A stretch of DNA of 64,000 nt. Source: Vicugna vicugna. Its lineage: Eukaryota. Location: assembly GCA_013265495.1 (NCBI GenBank), contig MU061579.1, positions 6,198,963 to 6,262,962 on the forward strand, read 5' to 3'. This document shows positions 24,166 to 36,253 of the stretch, piece by piece. Below the pieces are notes generated by a model. The model was not told the origin of the DNA, did no database searches, and was given only the letters and a program-made list of their open reading frames with translations. The first letter of the stretch is position 1, and every line of letters begins with the position of its first letter. Position numbers and translations under genes: made by a program.

Positions 24166-27042
24166 AATACAATACTCAACCTTACTGAAGGAAAAAATTA
24201 AAACAGGCAAACTTTAAAAATAAAGATTTTGAACTCTTAAGTATACCCATTAGCAGTATTTTAAAGCATATTTTGTTGGTTTTTACTCTTAGTCTTACAA
24301 ATGTAAAGAAAAAGTTTGCAATGATTTTTACTGATTGTGGCATTCAATATTCACCTGCAAGCAATTACCAAATGTATCAGCCAAGTTCATTTGATCTACT
24401 GTCGATGAAAGATTAGCTCCATACAAGAAACAAGTTGTTTGGAAAACTGGTGATTAGCAATTTATATTCTCATTTATCTATGAATAAATTATCACCAGCT
24501 ATTTTCTATTCTAATAACTATTATGCCCAAAGCATAAGTTTATATATCTACATCTCATATTTCATCCTCCTAAGAGCCCTTGGAGGTAGCACCCGGTGTC
24601 CTAATCCTATCAATAAGGAAAGGAGGCTGTGGCAGCCCATGTCCCACAGCTAATAGGAGGCAAAGCCAGCATTCAAGGTCAATTCTGTACTGAGTGCAAA
24701 AGCCCAAGTTCTTTCCTCTCTGCCTTTTTCTGCTCTTTTATTTTCCCACCAATTACCCTAAAGGTTGCAGATTGCTTTTAATTTTCAACTATAAAGCATG
24801 GTTGACGTGCAAAAATTAAAATCCCTTAAAGAAAAGCAGTAGTTATCATCTTCTTTTGTTATTATGTTTTGGTGATCTTGGTCAAGTTACTCAACTGTTC
24901 TGAGTATAGTTTCCTTATTTATTGAAGGGGAATAAAAACAGGGCCTGCAGCCTAGGAACACTATGAGGATTAACAAGATGATGCTTTTAGAGAGAATAAG
25001 GTGTGCCCTGCACCATGTCAAGAGCCAGCTACAACCAGCCAACTGTTTTTGTTTTTTATTAGAGAAAAGAATGATTGGTTCTCCTCGAAAAGTGAGTAGA
25101 CACAACGGTCTCCAAGTCCTTAAAAGTATCAACACTCTTCATTCATAACGAAAAAGAAAATACATGCATGGATGTGAACAAATCTCAAAAATATTAAATG
25201 AAACACCAAGTTGCAAAAAATAACTCTGATTACAGTGAGTCTTCAACATACCTACAAGATGTTATTATTTCACATTTTTTTTAACTATTAAAATTGCTAA
25301 GAAAAGCAGTGGCATAAAGGTTAATTAACGTTAAAGATTTCTCTTTAGGATCTATGCACACACATTACCCAGGCAAGGCAGCCATGCCCAAAAAATCATT
25401 AATAACACTCCATAAATGGACCACATCATTACGCAGAATGCTTGTTTAAAAAAATGCAGTTCTTAAAATTCATAACAGACTAACTACAGGTCATTACAGA
25501 ATTGGATTCAAAAGAAAAACACCACAGTCATTAGGCAGCAGTAGAAAACTGCCTTGAGGTTACATAACGTCTAACTAGAACACACAAATACAAAGTCAGA
25601 AAACATGAGAGGGCATTAACTACAGCACAGACCAAGAATGTGAGATTTACAATGCACAGATAATTAAACCTCAATCTTCAATGTTTCAAAAAATGTCCTT
25701 GGGATAAGAATAAATAATTACAGATGGATTACAACACAAAACTCTACCTCATTATCATGAAACAATTTTTCATCAACTAGCAGGAGTTGCTGTTAAAAAT
25801 AAATTTTTTTCAAAGTGGAGCTTCTTTAATTATGAAAAATGAGTACAAATGTAATTCCTTTTTACTTGTGAAAAGTATCAAGCAGATAGATACTTTTATC
25901 CTCTAACAATACATCAAACGATTATTTTGATTCAGCATTTTCATGTTCAAGTCAAAATTTTGCAAATATTGAAATGATGAACCCATTTTTTCATAGAACT
26001 TATAGAAAGCCATTTTAAAGGGAAAAAATCTGAACTTTAGAATGTTAAGCATCTTTCCGCTGTAGCATGAAATGCAGTTTTTCTTAAACATGAAAACGAT
26101 GCGATGAATTTCTGTATTTTTCTTATTCAACGTAGCAAACAACCAGTTATGATTTTCTGTAATTTTTTGCTTACATATATTTCAACATTAAAGTCTAAAA
26201 TAGCATTAGTCCTTTTTTAATGTCTATATCATGTCTATGTACATCTAGAGAAAAATATCTAAGATTCTTACTTTTAATAAAAAGTTCACAAAAGGCTTGA
26301 GACATCAGGTTTCAATTTCAAACTGGGGAACAGCCCTCAGTCAATACAGCACGTGGGTTTTATAATAAGTTATAAGAGATGGACTCCAATCAAGTGCTGC
26401 CTTGCCGACCACCCTCTTCTCCTTTACCTCTGCTTCCTTATTTTTCCTTCTCCTGAAACAGGCAAAGGCATGACACCTAAAAGACACGGCTTTGTGACTT
26501 GTGCCAAGGATAAAACAGTTACATGAAAGATGCATGAAAATCGTGAAACTGGGGAGGAGAGTAAGTACCTCTTCAGTAGCTGAGTGAGACCTGTTCCATC
26601 CTGCCTCGAGCACTAAGGATCACAAGACCCATCTATGACTCCCAGGGAAGGGCAGCTGCGGGGGAGCTGGCTTTCTGCTTGGAGACCTCTACGGGAGACC
26701 TCCAGCTGAGGAGGTAAGGAAGGAGCAGGCTGTCAAGCCTAGTTCGGACCCGGCCCTCAAGAGACAGGAGTTAAAAAGAGATCCTGAAGTCCAAGGTCCA
26801 GTGTAGCCCCACCCAGCCCCGCCTCCCCAAGAAAAGGAGTAGGCAGGAATTCAGAGACGAAGCCCAAGGCAAGGACAAAGATAACCCACTAAACTGGAGA
26901 GTCAGCTGCATCAGATAAACTTCCAGGGGGTGGGGTACAGGTCCAGGGAGACGGAAACAAAGCTCCTCACATCAGAAATATGTATCTAGCATCTTGTTCC
27001 TTTCAACAGCTATATGGAGTGTTTAACAAGAAATTATGTTAA

Positions 27043-27138
27043 TATGCATGTTCATGTATAATTAAAAAAATGTGCTCTACACTGGAATTTGACACAACAT
27101 TGTAAATTGACTATAACTTAATAAAAAATGTTAAAAAA
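27043..27138 (+). mobile_element. Very short young L1 3' stub with perfect 15-bp TSD
   Basis: tgtgctctacactggaatttgacacaacattgtaaattgactataacttaataaaaaatgttaaaaaa, flanked by identical aagaaattatgttaa (27028-27042, 27139-27153). Confidence 0.9.
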
Positions 27139-27894
27139 AAGAAATTATGTTAAAAGCACCGGCCTCAAAGAAACAGTTTTATTCAATACAAGGAGAAATG
27201 CACTAAAATATCATTTAGATGTTATTTGACTAGAGGGACTCTCAGATTATATAATCCCCAGTTTTATTCTTAAAGTTATATTATAACTGTAAAATCTGGC
27301 AATTACTATTTGTAATTCAGGCAAGGATCATAAAGAAAAATAGACAGTGAAGTTTGAAAATAATTATTTATGCTCTCATTTTATAATTTGAGCACCATAA
27401 ATACATAGTTACCATTTACTGCCATAATCAAAGAAGAAAAGAGAGGTGACACTGGGTTCCCTGGCAGTGCTATGATACTGGTGAGTGCTACGTAATTTAC
27501 TATTAATTTTCACATTATTTCAATTCTAATTTTCAAGGACTCAAGAGTCTCAACGTGAATAACAAACCTTCCACATGACACAAAGCTTACACTTACAACT
27601 AAATGAACACCAAATGATGCTCAAAAATTTACCCCAAAAAAAAGCACATCTTGTTAAAAACATGAGCCAAGGATTTCTGAAGTTATCTTTATGGCTCCCA
27701 AAAGGACCCTGCTCTGGCAAAGACACAGTTTTAATGTGTGTACTCATGGCAGATCCTTCTCGTGTACTCTAATTGTTTAAAATTAGCAAAATATGCTAAA
27801 GCTACAGTGTCATACAAAAACTGGTCATCTTCTACGTTCCTAAGAAATATTCCAGATCTTATATATGCAATCTACATTTTAAAGAATATTTACT

Positions 27895-28120
27895 AAATGA
27901 GTGGTTAAGAACGTGGCTTCTGGAGTCAGATGTACTGAAATGAAACCCAAGTTTACAACACACGTGACCCTAGAAAAATTAATCTAAAGCTCAGTTATCT
28001 CATAAGAAAATGGATGAAAAATACCTACTTCGGAGGACCAGTGTGAGAATTAGACAACCCATGAAAAATTATAAGTCAAGCCAGCTTCTGGGTGTTTTAA
28101 TAAATACCACCACCACTACT
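27895..28120 (+). mobile_element. MIR SINE
   Basis: gtggttaagaacgtggcttctggagtcaga...ctcagttatctcataagaaaatgga...atacctacttc. Confidence 0.7.
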
Positions 28121-29232
28121 GAGTTCCCAATAAATACTCAATATTTATGATGCCAAGATAAAGACAAATCAATTAGGGTTTCTGTCCTCAAAGAGTTTAT
28201 GCTCTAATGGGAGATACTTAACATGGTCTTGTAAATTGCCACATTTCGCCTTGCAAATACTAAACTTCCACATTATCTCTTGTAAATACAACCAAGATCT
28301 TGTACTGCCATTACCAACAGGGCTTATGGGCAAGAGAGCCAGCAGCAGGATACAAGGGTGAGGGGGAAACTTGCAGAAATGCCAGTCTAGAGCCCCGGCA
28401 GGAATCTGTTCTTGAATTTAGTGCCATAGCAGTAACGGTCAAACTTAAACCACTGCATGACTTCCAGCAGACAGACAAGTGTCAGCTTTCAGTGGGGGAA
28501 GGAAAAAACCCCCACAACCCTGGAGAAAACCACGTTAGGTATAACTTTGAGAAATGGCTGAAAGCTCTCTCTGCTGTAAGGCAGCTCCACTCAGACTCCA
28601 CAGTCACCTTTGGGTACCAGTGACCCTACCCGCTGGTAGGGCCCCTCTTTAGAGTCCCAGTCTCCCGTGGATCTGGTTTCACACTGTTCAGCTGTAACTT
28701 TTTACACGTCCTCTACACTACATTCCAAGTCCCCTGACACCTGTCTACCGCCTTGGGCCGAGCACAGTGACCATTACCGAGCAGGTGCTCACTAGCTGCG
28801 CGCTGAATCACTAATTCATGCCAGGCATCGTGTCGGGCAGTAGATGTAATCACTAGGAATGCGGCTCCTGCCAAAAGACAAATAACCTAGTGGGGATTCA
28901 GAGTCCACAATTCAAATATAAGAAGTGCACTCATGGAAGAACAGAATACCAGGCATGGAGGAAGGTCTGGGGAAGGAATATCCAGGTAGAATGAAGGAAA
29001 AGGAACTCCCTCAGTTAAACAGGAGAGTCCCAGGCAGTTATAAGTTGGAAACAGACGCTGGGAAGTGGTGTACAGAGAGACGGCATGACAAAAAAGCTTT
29101 AGAAGAAAGACAAGGTTGGTTGAATAGGCACATGAATATGTCAAATTTAGAAGAGAACAGTGAAAATAAAATTTTTAAAAATAACTAAATTCCCCCAATT
29201 AAATATATATGGCCCACTGTAAAAATCCTTAC

Positions 29233-30128
29233 CTCCCTGAAATTCCTTTTGTTGATCCTGGAATCTCTGGTACAGGCCGATGTCTTAGCATAAACGATCG
29301 AGATGGTCTTGAAACCAACTTGCTACGACTTCTCATAAGTGTCAGGGCTGGTGAGGATGGAACATACAACTCATTGACAACCATTTCTCCTTGAAACTGA
29401 AAGAATGGGGATGGTGGTGGTCTGTCTAATACAACATTCGTCCCATTTCCAGCATTTGCTTCTGATACTGAGCAGCCAGGGGCAGAAAGGAGTTCAGCGT
29501 CCGCATTAGGAAGCCTGCTCACATTTTCTGAGCTCAAATCAACTTTTTCTGTTTGTTCTTCTTCAGTTGTACAGTCTAGAGTCCCTTTTGCAATCAAAGA
29601 TTCTATTTTAGTAATTTTGCTACCAAATAAAGAATCTGAATTCAGGTGTGGTTCTTCTTCTGGAATGGGGAAGTTGTGTTTAGGAAGAGTCAGCTTATCC
29701 TCTGATTTAAGAGGCTGGCTATTTCCCACAGTAGCCTCATCTGGATCAAGATTGTTTGTAACAGTCTCCAACTGCACTGGGCTAGGTGTCTGAACACTAG
29801 GGGAATCTGAAAGCTCTATGCAGGTGTTCTGATCAGAAGATGGAGCAGGGTGGTCCTTTGGAGTCTCATCATTCTTCTTTGTTTTATGGACATTTGCATA
29901 TACTGGGATATCTTGCATTTTTGACAAGACTATCTGTAACTGTTTAAGTATCCGCCTCCGGTGTCCCGTGGGTGATATGCCAACTTTGAGCAGCACGCTG
30001 TCATTTATCGCCGCACAGTCCTTCACGTTGTTGAAGCCAAATTCACGGAAGTGCAAGAGGTATTGCTCCAAATTGATGCTCATGAGGAAATCTTTGATAT
30101 CGACATTTACTTCACTGACTGAGGACAT
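29233..30128 (-). CDS. ARAP2: ARAP2 exon 2 coding part (896 nt): start codon, SAM domain (about aa 6-70) and low-complexity linker
   Basis: ATG at 30128-30126 inside ORF 29229..30182. SAM signature FLMSINLEQYLLHF...LLKVGISPTGHRRRILKQL. Donor GGGAG|GTAAGG. Confidence 0.97.
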
Positions 30129-30272
30129 AATGGTGGCTTCATTACTAAGCGGAGTTAAAAGAGGCAGTGCAATGAAACACACACAGGAGGATGCACGTCT
30201 GTACTGCCTTTCCCTCTATCGCTTATCTCAAAATGTTCTTTTCTCCTCAGTGAATGCTTTATGTGCTTGAGC
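30129..30272 (-). other. ARAP2: ARAP2 exon 2 5'UTR part (144 nt; whole exon 2 = 29233-30272, 1040 nt)
   Basis: Strong acceptor CTTTTCTTTTTTTTCCAG|GCTCAAG at 30273; in-frame TGA upstream of the ATG within this segment. Confidence 0.88.
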
Positions 30273-31762
30273 CTGGAAAAAAAAGAAAAGCAATGTATTA
30301 GGACTTTTGGTTATTAAAACTGGTTTTATATGATAAATGTTCTCTGAAGAAACACAATAGAAATGAGGATGATTCCTTGTGCTCACTGAGCATTTGGAAT
30401 CTTTGTGCGTTACTCTGCATGGTCAGTGCCTGGCTAGCGGGGGAAGGAGCGGGACAGAAATGCTGTGATTTTCAAAAAGGTGAAAAATGATTCTCAAATG
30501 TAAAATGAGCACGTGTCAAAAAAATGTATTCATGATTAATGAAGGAACCAGTAATGTGGTAAGGCTACTTTCAAGGGCATCTGTGCAACAGGTTTATACA
30601 GTCTATTATAAAAGTTTTTTTTTTTTTTTTTAGTGTCAGAATAAGGCAGATAGGTTAGATTTAAAACAACAACAACAACAAAAACTGGTTAGGGTCCTAC
30701 AGGGCAATAAAACCATAACCTTTGGGGATATCCTTCTACTAGACAAAAATTTATAAGCTAGCAGGGCACTTCCCCGTTCTGGGCTCTAACCAAATGGTAA
30801 ACAGAAAGCAGAGCGCAAGACTTAGAGTTAAATACCCCAGGGGTGAGCCTTAAACAGCAGCCCCGACAAGGCACTGAAAGAACACACTGCACATTCTTTC
30901 TGACTTGCAAATTTTAGACAATTCTTCTTAACAGTACCTAGCTAGATATGAATAACTCACCTCTTTACGCCACTTTCTTCAAAGACTCTCTCAAAAAGCA
31001 GTTAGAACATATTTCTTAGGTCAATAACTTTCATTCCAAAAAATGCAGCAGCATTACATGTGCAATATCATTACATAAGAAAAGACTAACTAACTATACA
31101 TTAGATAACAGGAAGTAAGTGAATATGAAAGTAAAAGGAAAAAGTTTAAAGGTCACATTGTCTTTACACACAGCAGATTCACATAGGTTCATTTTTCTCA
31201 CAAACAACATTCAAGTATTTTAAAAGTTGATGTATCACGGTGCTGTTTACATGGCTGTGTTCAGTTTGTGGAAATGAACAACGTGTGCAAATCTCTGTAT
31301 GTTATGCGTCAAGAAAAAGAAAAAAGTAGAGAACGTGCATAAGGACCATGCCCTGAAGTAATAAAATGAGACATACCCAAACAAGGTATATTTATCTGAA
31401 CAAGCACTGATGCAACATTTCTGGAAATCACATCTCAGAGTAGATCTTGGAAAGATACAACTCAGGGTCTCCCTGTGCTACACGCCACCCACCCTGAAGC
31501 TCTTGCCTGCACTATTCAAAAACATCTGCCAACACTGACAAGCAAGTGTGTGAACAAGGGGAAAAGATAGTATTCAACGCAGCACTGCAGAAGCAAAGTA
31601 TGAGCAAAAGATGAAAGGCAGGAAATGCTTTTGTCAGTAAGGTATCCCTCCGTCATTCAAAATGACAAAATGTCAGGGGAAAAAAAAGGAGAAAGTTAAA
31701 CCTCAACACCACATACAACTAATTCTCAGATATACTATTCTTGTTCTACATAATTATTTTGT

Positions 31763-31854
31763 GAAAGAAAGAAAGAAAGAACGAACGAACGAAAGAAAGA
31801 AAGAACGAACGTAAGAAAGAAAGAATGAAAGAACAAAAGAAAGAAAGAAAAAAA
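31763..31854. repeat. (GAAA)n/(GAAC)n tetranucleotide microsatellite
   Basis: gaaagaaagaaagaaagaacgaacgaacgaaagaaagaaagaacgaacgtaagaaagaaag... Confidence 0.92.
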
Positions 31855-33714
31855 CCCTCATTATCTAATTTTTTTGCACATCACAAAATGAAAATGATTA
31901 TCACCAGATTAGCTGGAACTCTGATTTTGGACTTCTCAGCCTCCAGAACCATGAGAAAATCTTGAACTAATGCTTTTCTCCTTCCTCCCTGCCTTTGCCA
32001 CAGCTCAGGCCCTCATTATATCTCCTGCCTGAATTACTGCAGCCACCTCTGAACAAATCCATTAGCCCAGTCTCCAAGTACTACCGGACAACTGAAAATC
32101 CAAATTTGGCCTGTCACTCCACATCCTGAACAAGACAGTCCAAAAGCTCCTCATGGTGAACCCCTGCAGTCTGGTCCCAGTCCACCAATAAAAACTAGAG
32201 CAGCTACTATTAATGTAAATGGCAATAATGCACCAGATTCCACACCTCATACGTATTTCCTGCAGCGCAGTGTTCCCATGTACTGACTTCAGGCTCAGGT
32301 TTAACCTGTGCCACATCATTGACTTTAGCTCCTTTTGTTAATTAGCATTTATTTCCCCCAGACAACAAACTGTTAAATATTTTGCATATGCTGTATCTGC
32401 TGGCAAATCTACACATTTTGCAAAATCCTAGCACTATTTAAAATTATGAATAGGCAGGTATGACTTCTCTGAAGGCTTCCTATCAAACCCTTAAAACAGA
32501 ATGGATCACTCCTTTCTCCAAATACATCTAAAGCTAGGATTCTAGAAATCTGCAAAGAGCTTGGGACATGTTTATGAGATAGGAGATCGGCCAGTAGGGA
32601 CGGTAGAAGCGGTTGGGAGGCCCATTCTGTTCATTTTTTTCTGGTGTGTGTGTGCATGTGTGAGCCTTTGTGTTTTAACACAGAAGCCCTTTCCTTCCAT
32701 TACACATAAACCTCCAGAGCGGCTGACTCAAGGATGGATATACCAAATGTTCTGACCAAGCCACCTCTTTTCACTATCAGTGAACGTGCTAATGAACCAG
32801 ATTCCTTTTCATGACCCAGAAAGGCTCCCTCCCATGGGCCCTACAACTCTCTCTGCGCTTTCATGTTGGCTCCATCTCCAGACTTTTTAACCATCTGACC
32901 ATCCATGAGCGTTCACAGATCCACTTCCTTAGAGGCTTCTGGCCCCAAGTCCATCATCAGACGCAAAGAGATGGGGATGCCCAACTCTATACAAGTCTAC
33001 CAGGTGTAAACTCAACATGAAATCGAAGCCCTCCACGTTCTGACCTCCACTTGGGCACCTGGTGCACACGCCGTGCTCTAGGTTAGTGGCTCTCTGGGCA
33101 CCAGTCAGTGGTCGGACTGTTCAGCAGCAGCTGCTGAGAGCAGATGCAGGAATCTGCTTCTGTAACGTACTCCAAAGAAGACTGGGATATGCAACAAAAT
33201 TCAGTAATTACAGTTGTAAATTCCTCACACTCCCCACAGACCCTTTATGCCATCCCACCTCAGCCTAAGGCCACCACTCTCCGCCCTCAGGAGGGATGCG
33301 CTTCCCAACACAGTGCCCACAAGCCTGGAGTCAGACTCAGACCCTACGTCCTCCACTTTCCAGCAGGGTGAACCCAGGCACACGTCCATGTGTCTGTTTC
33401 CCTACCCACAAAACGGAAACGCTCACAGGTCCTCAGTGCTGGTGAATATTCACCGAGATAATCCATCCTAAGTGTTAAAATGGTGCTTAGTCCGTGGTGA
33501 AGGCTTAGGATATGTTCATTTCCATCATTATAATTATTTATTTTCATCACTAAGTCATTATCTTCCACAACTGCAATCTTTCCTAGTCTTGACGCCTAAC
33601 TCAAATGCTGTTTCCCTTACAAGCTCCCTACAGGACAAGAAATAAACTCTCTTCTCTGCATTCCTACAGCATTTAATCACAGTCTACTCATTCCAGAGTC
33701 ACCTACAGAAGTGG

Positions 33715-33915
33715 GACAGTGCAACGTAAAAGCTGAGATTTTGAAGCCAACAACATGGGTCAAATCCCAAGATGTAACCTTTCTGTGCCTCAGTTTCCTC
33801 ATCAGGAAAGCAGGAGTGATAACAGTACCTACGTCACAGGACTGTTGTAACACATTTAGAGCACCAACTGCACACAACAAATGTTAAATAAATATCTGCC
33901 ATTATAATTATTTTG
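33715..33915 (+). mobile_element. MIR SINE
   Basis: aacctttctgtgcctcagtttcctcatcagg...gataacagtacctacgtcacaggactgttgt. Confidence 0.8.
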
Positions 33916-34229
33916 ATTATCCCACAATAAAATAATAAATCTGCCAAGATGATGACCAGCCCACATAAGCTGCCCAATTACTGCCAGTCAAATTACTCGT
34001 TTGGAAACATCATATGTGACGTATATGCAGTGCATGTTTAGAGAAGGTACAAACAGCCGGCCTGGCAGACGTGAATGTGCAACTGCCTGTGCTATCCTGA
34101 CCCATTTCTAAGAGAAAGTAAAAGTAGAAGGGAAGAAGCATTTAGGAGCACCTGCTACCTGCCTGGTTTTCGATATCACTTAATAACCACAGTCTTATTA
34201 TCTTATGGAACTCTACCTTGAAAGCACCA

Positions 34230-34820
34230 CCAGCTGCTTCTCACCACCTCTCCTGCTCACATCCAAGTCCAGGCCACCGTCTCATCTATTTTAGATCTCT
34301 GTAACAGCCTCCTGACTGATATCCTTGCTTCTGTCCTGGCCCGCTGCCCCCACAAGCAGTGTATTTCCGATAGAGCAGCAAGAATGATTCATTTCATAAT
34401 AGAAGTCACACCACATCACTCCTTGCAACTTCTCAACCGCATTTTCCCTGGCTTTCCCCACCCCCATCACTCAGTCAGCACCAAGCTGGCCTATCCACCT
34501 CAGGACCTGACCTCCCACACTTCCATCTCCTTCGTCAACATATGCCCGTGGCTAACAGCTCACTCCATCACTTAGTAGGTCTCTGCTCCAATGTGTCCTC
34601 TTCAGAGGGGCCTTCCCTCATGGTGCTATGCAGATAAGCACGCCTTGTGCCTCATTCCTCCCCACCCTCGCTTCCTCTGTCTTCATGGCATGTTACTACC
34701 TGGTATCTGTGAACTTTTACAAGAGGGCAGGGATCCTGTCTCCTGTTCACTGCTCTAGGCCTTGAGTTAGGACACTCTCAGGCATATAAAAGATGCTCAG
34801 TAAATGCTTGCTGAATGACT
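34230..34820 (+). mobile_element. L2 LINE 3' fragment
   Basis: tccaggccacc...taacagcctcctgactgat...gagggcagggatcctgtctcctgttcactgct...tgctcagtaaatgcttgctgaatga. Confidence 0.8.
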
Positions 34821-36253
34821 GGCACAAAAACAGACACATAGGTCAAAGGAACGGAACAGAGCGCCCAGAAGTAAACCCATGCACTGTGGTCAATCTATGA
34901 CAAAGGAGATAAGAATTTACAGTGGAGAAATGATACTTTCTTCTTTAATAAGTGGTGCTGGGAAAACTGGACAGCCACATGTAAATCAATGAAATGAGAA
35001 CATTTTCCCACACCATTTACAAAAATAAGCTCAAAATAGATGTAAGACCTAAACATAAAACCAGAAACCATAAGATTCTTGAAAATAACATAAGCAGAAC
35101 ACTCTTTGACATAAACTGTAGCAATATTTTTTTTGGATCTGTCTCCTAAGGCAAATGAAACAAAAGCAAAATTAAACAAACAGGACTACATCAAACTTAA
35201 TTAACCTTTTGCACAGCAAAGAAAACCATCCACAAAAAAAAAAACCTATTGAATGGGAGAAAATATTTGCAAATGATATGATCGATAAGGGATTAATAGT
35301 CAAAATATATAAATAGGTCATACACTCAATATCAAAAAGCCAATGACTCAGTCAAAAAATGAGTAGAAGACCTGAATAGGCATTTTACCAAAGAAGGCAT
35401 ACAGATGGCCAACAGGCACGTGAAAAGATGCTCAACATCACTAATCATCAGAGAAATGCAAATTGAAACCACAATGAGACATCACCTCACACCTGTCAGA
35501 ATGGCTATCATCAAAAAGAACCCAGATAACAAATGTTGGTGAAGATGTAGAGAAAAGGGAACCTGTGTGCACTGTTGGCAGGAATGTAAATTGGTGCAGT
35601 CACTGTGGAGAACAGTATGGTGGTTTCTCAAAAAAACTAAAAACAAAACTACCATATGATCCAGCAATTTCACTCCTGGGCATATATCCAGTAAAAATAA
35701 AAACACTAATTCAAAAAGATACAAGCACCCAAATGTTCATAGCAGCATTATTCACAATAGCCAAGATATGGAAGCAACCTGACTGTCCACTAACAAATGA
35801 ACAGACAAAAAAGATGTGATATACATACACATGGAATATTGCTCAGCCATAAAAAAGAATGAAATTCTGCCATTTGCAGCAACATGGATGAAGCCAGAGG
35901 GTATCATGCTTAGAGAAATAAGTCAGGCAGAGAAAGAAAAATACTGTTATCACTTATATTAGGAATCTAAAAAATGAATATAACAAAACAGAAACAGACC
36001 CATGGATATAGAGAACAAACTAGTAGTTACCAATGGAGAGAGGGAAGGAAAGACGGGCAAGACAGGGAAGGAGATTAAGAACTACAAACTCTTATGTATA
36101 AAATAAGCAGGAAGGATACAGTGTACCACACAGGCAAGTATAGCCATTATTCTGTAATAACTTTAAATGGAATATAACCTATAAAATACTGAATCACTAT
36201 ATTGTACACCTGAAACTAATATAATATTGTAAATCAACTTTAATTAAAAAAAA
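34820..36253 (+). mobile_element. 5'-truncated laurasiatherian L1 (ORF2 C-terminus, 3' UTR, poly-A)
   Basis: ORF 35565..35819 gives L1 ORF2 C-terminal peptide [14 protein letters not shown]...[16 protein letters not shown]. Ends tgtacacctgaaactaatataatattgtaaatcaactttaattaaaaaaaaa. Confidence 0.95.

Noticed and set aside
30129..30182. 18-aa N-terminal extension of ARAP2 shown in the ORF track (MCFIALP...)
   Set aside because: It starts at GTG, not ATG; the recognised protein begins at MSSVSEV.
29968..30270. 100-aa antisense ORF over exon 2
   Set aside because: Shadow of the coding strand; no independent support.
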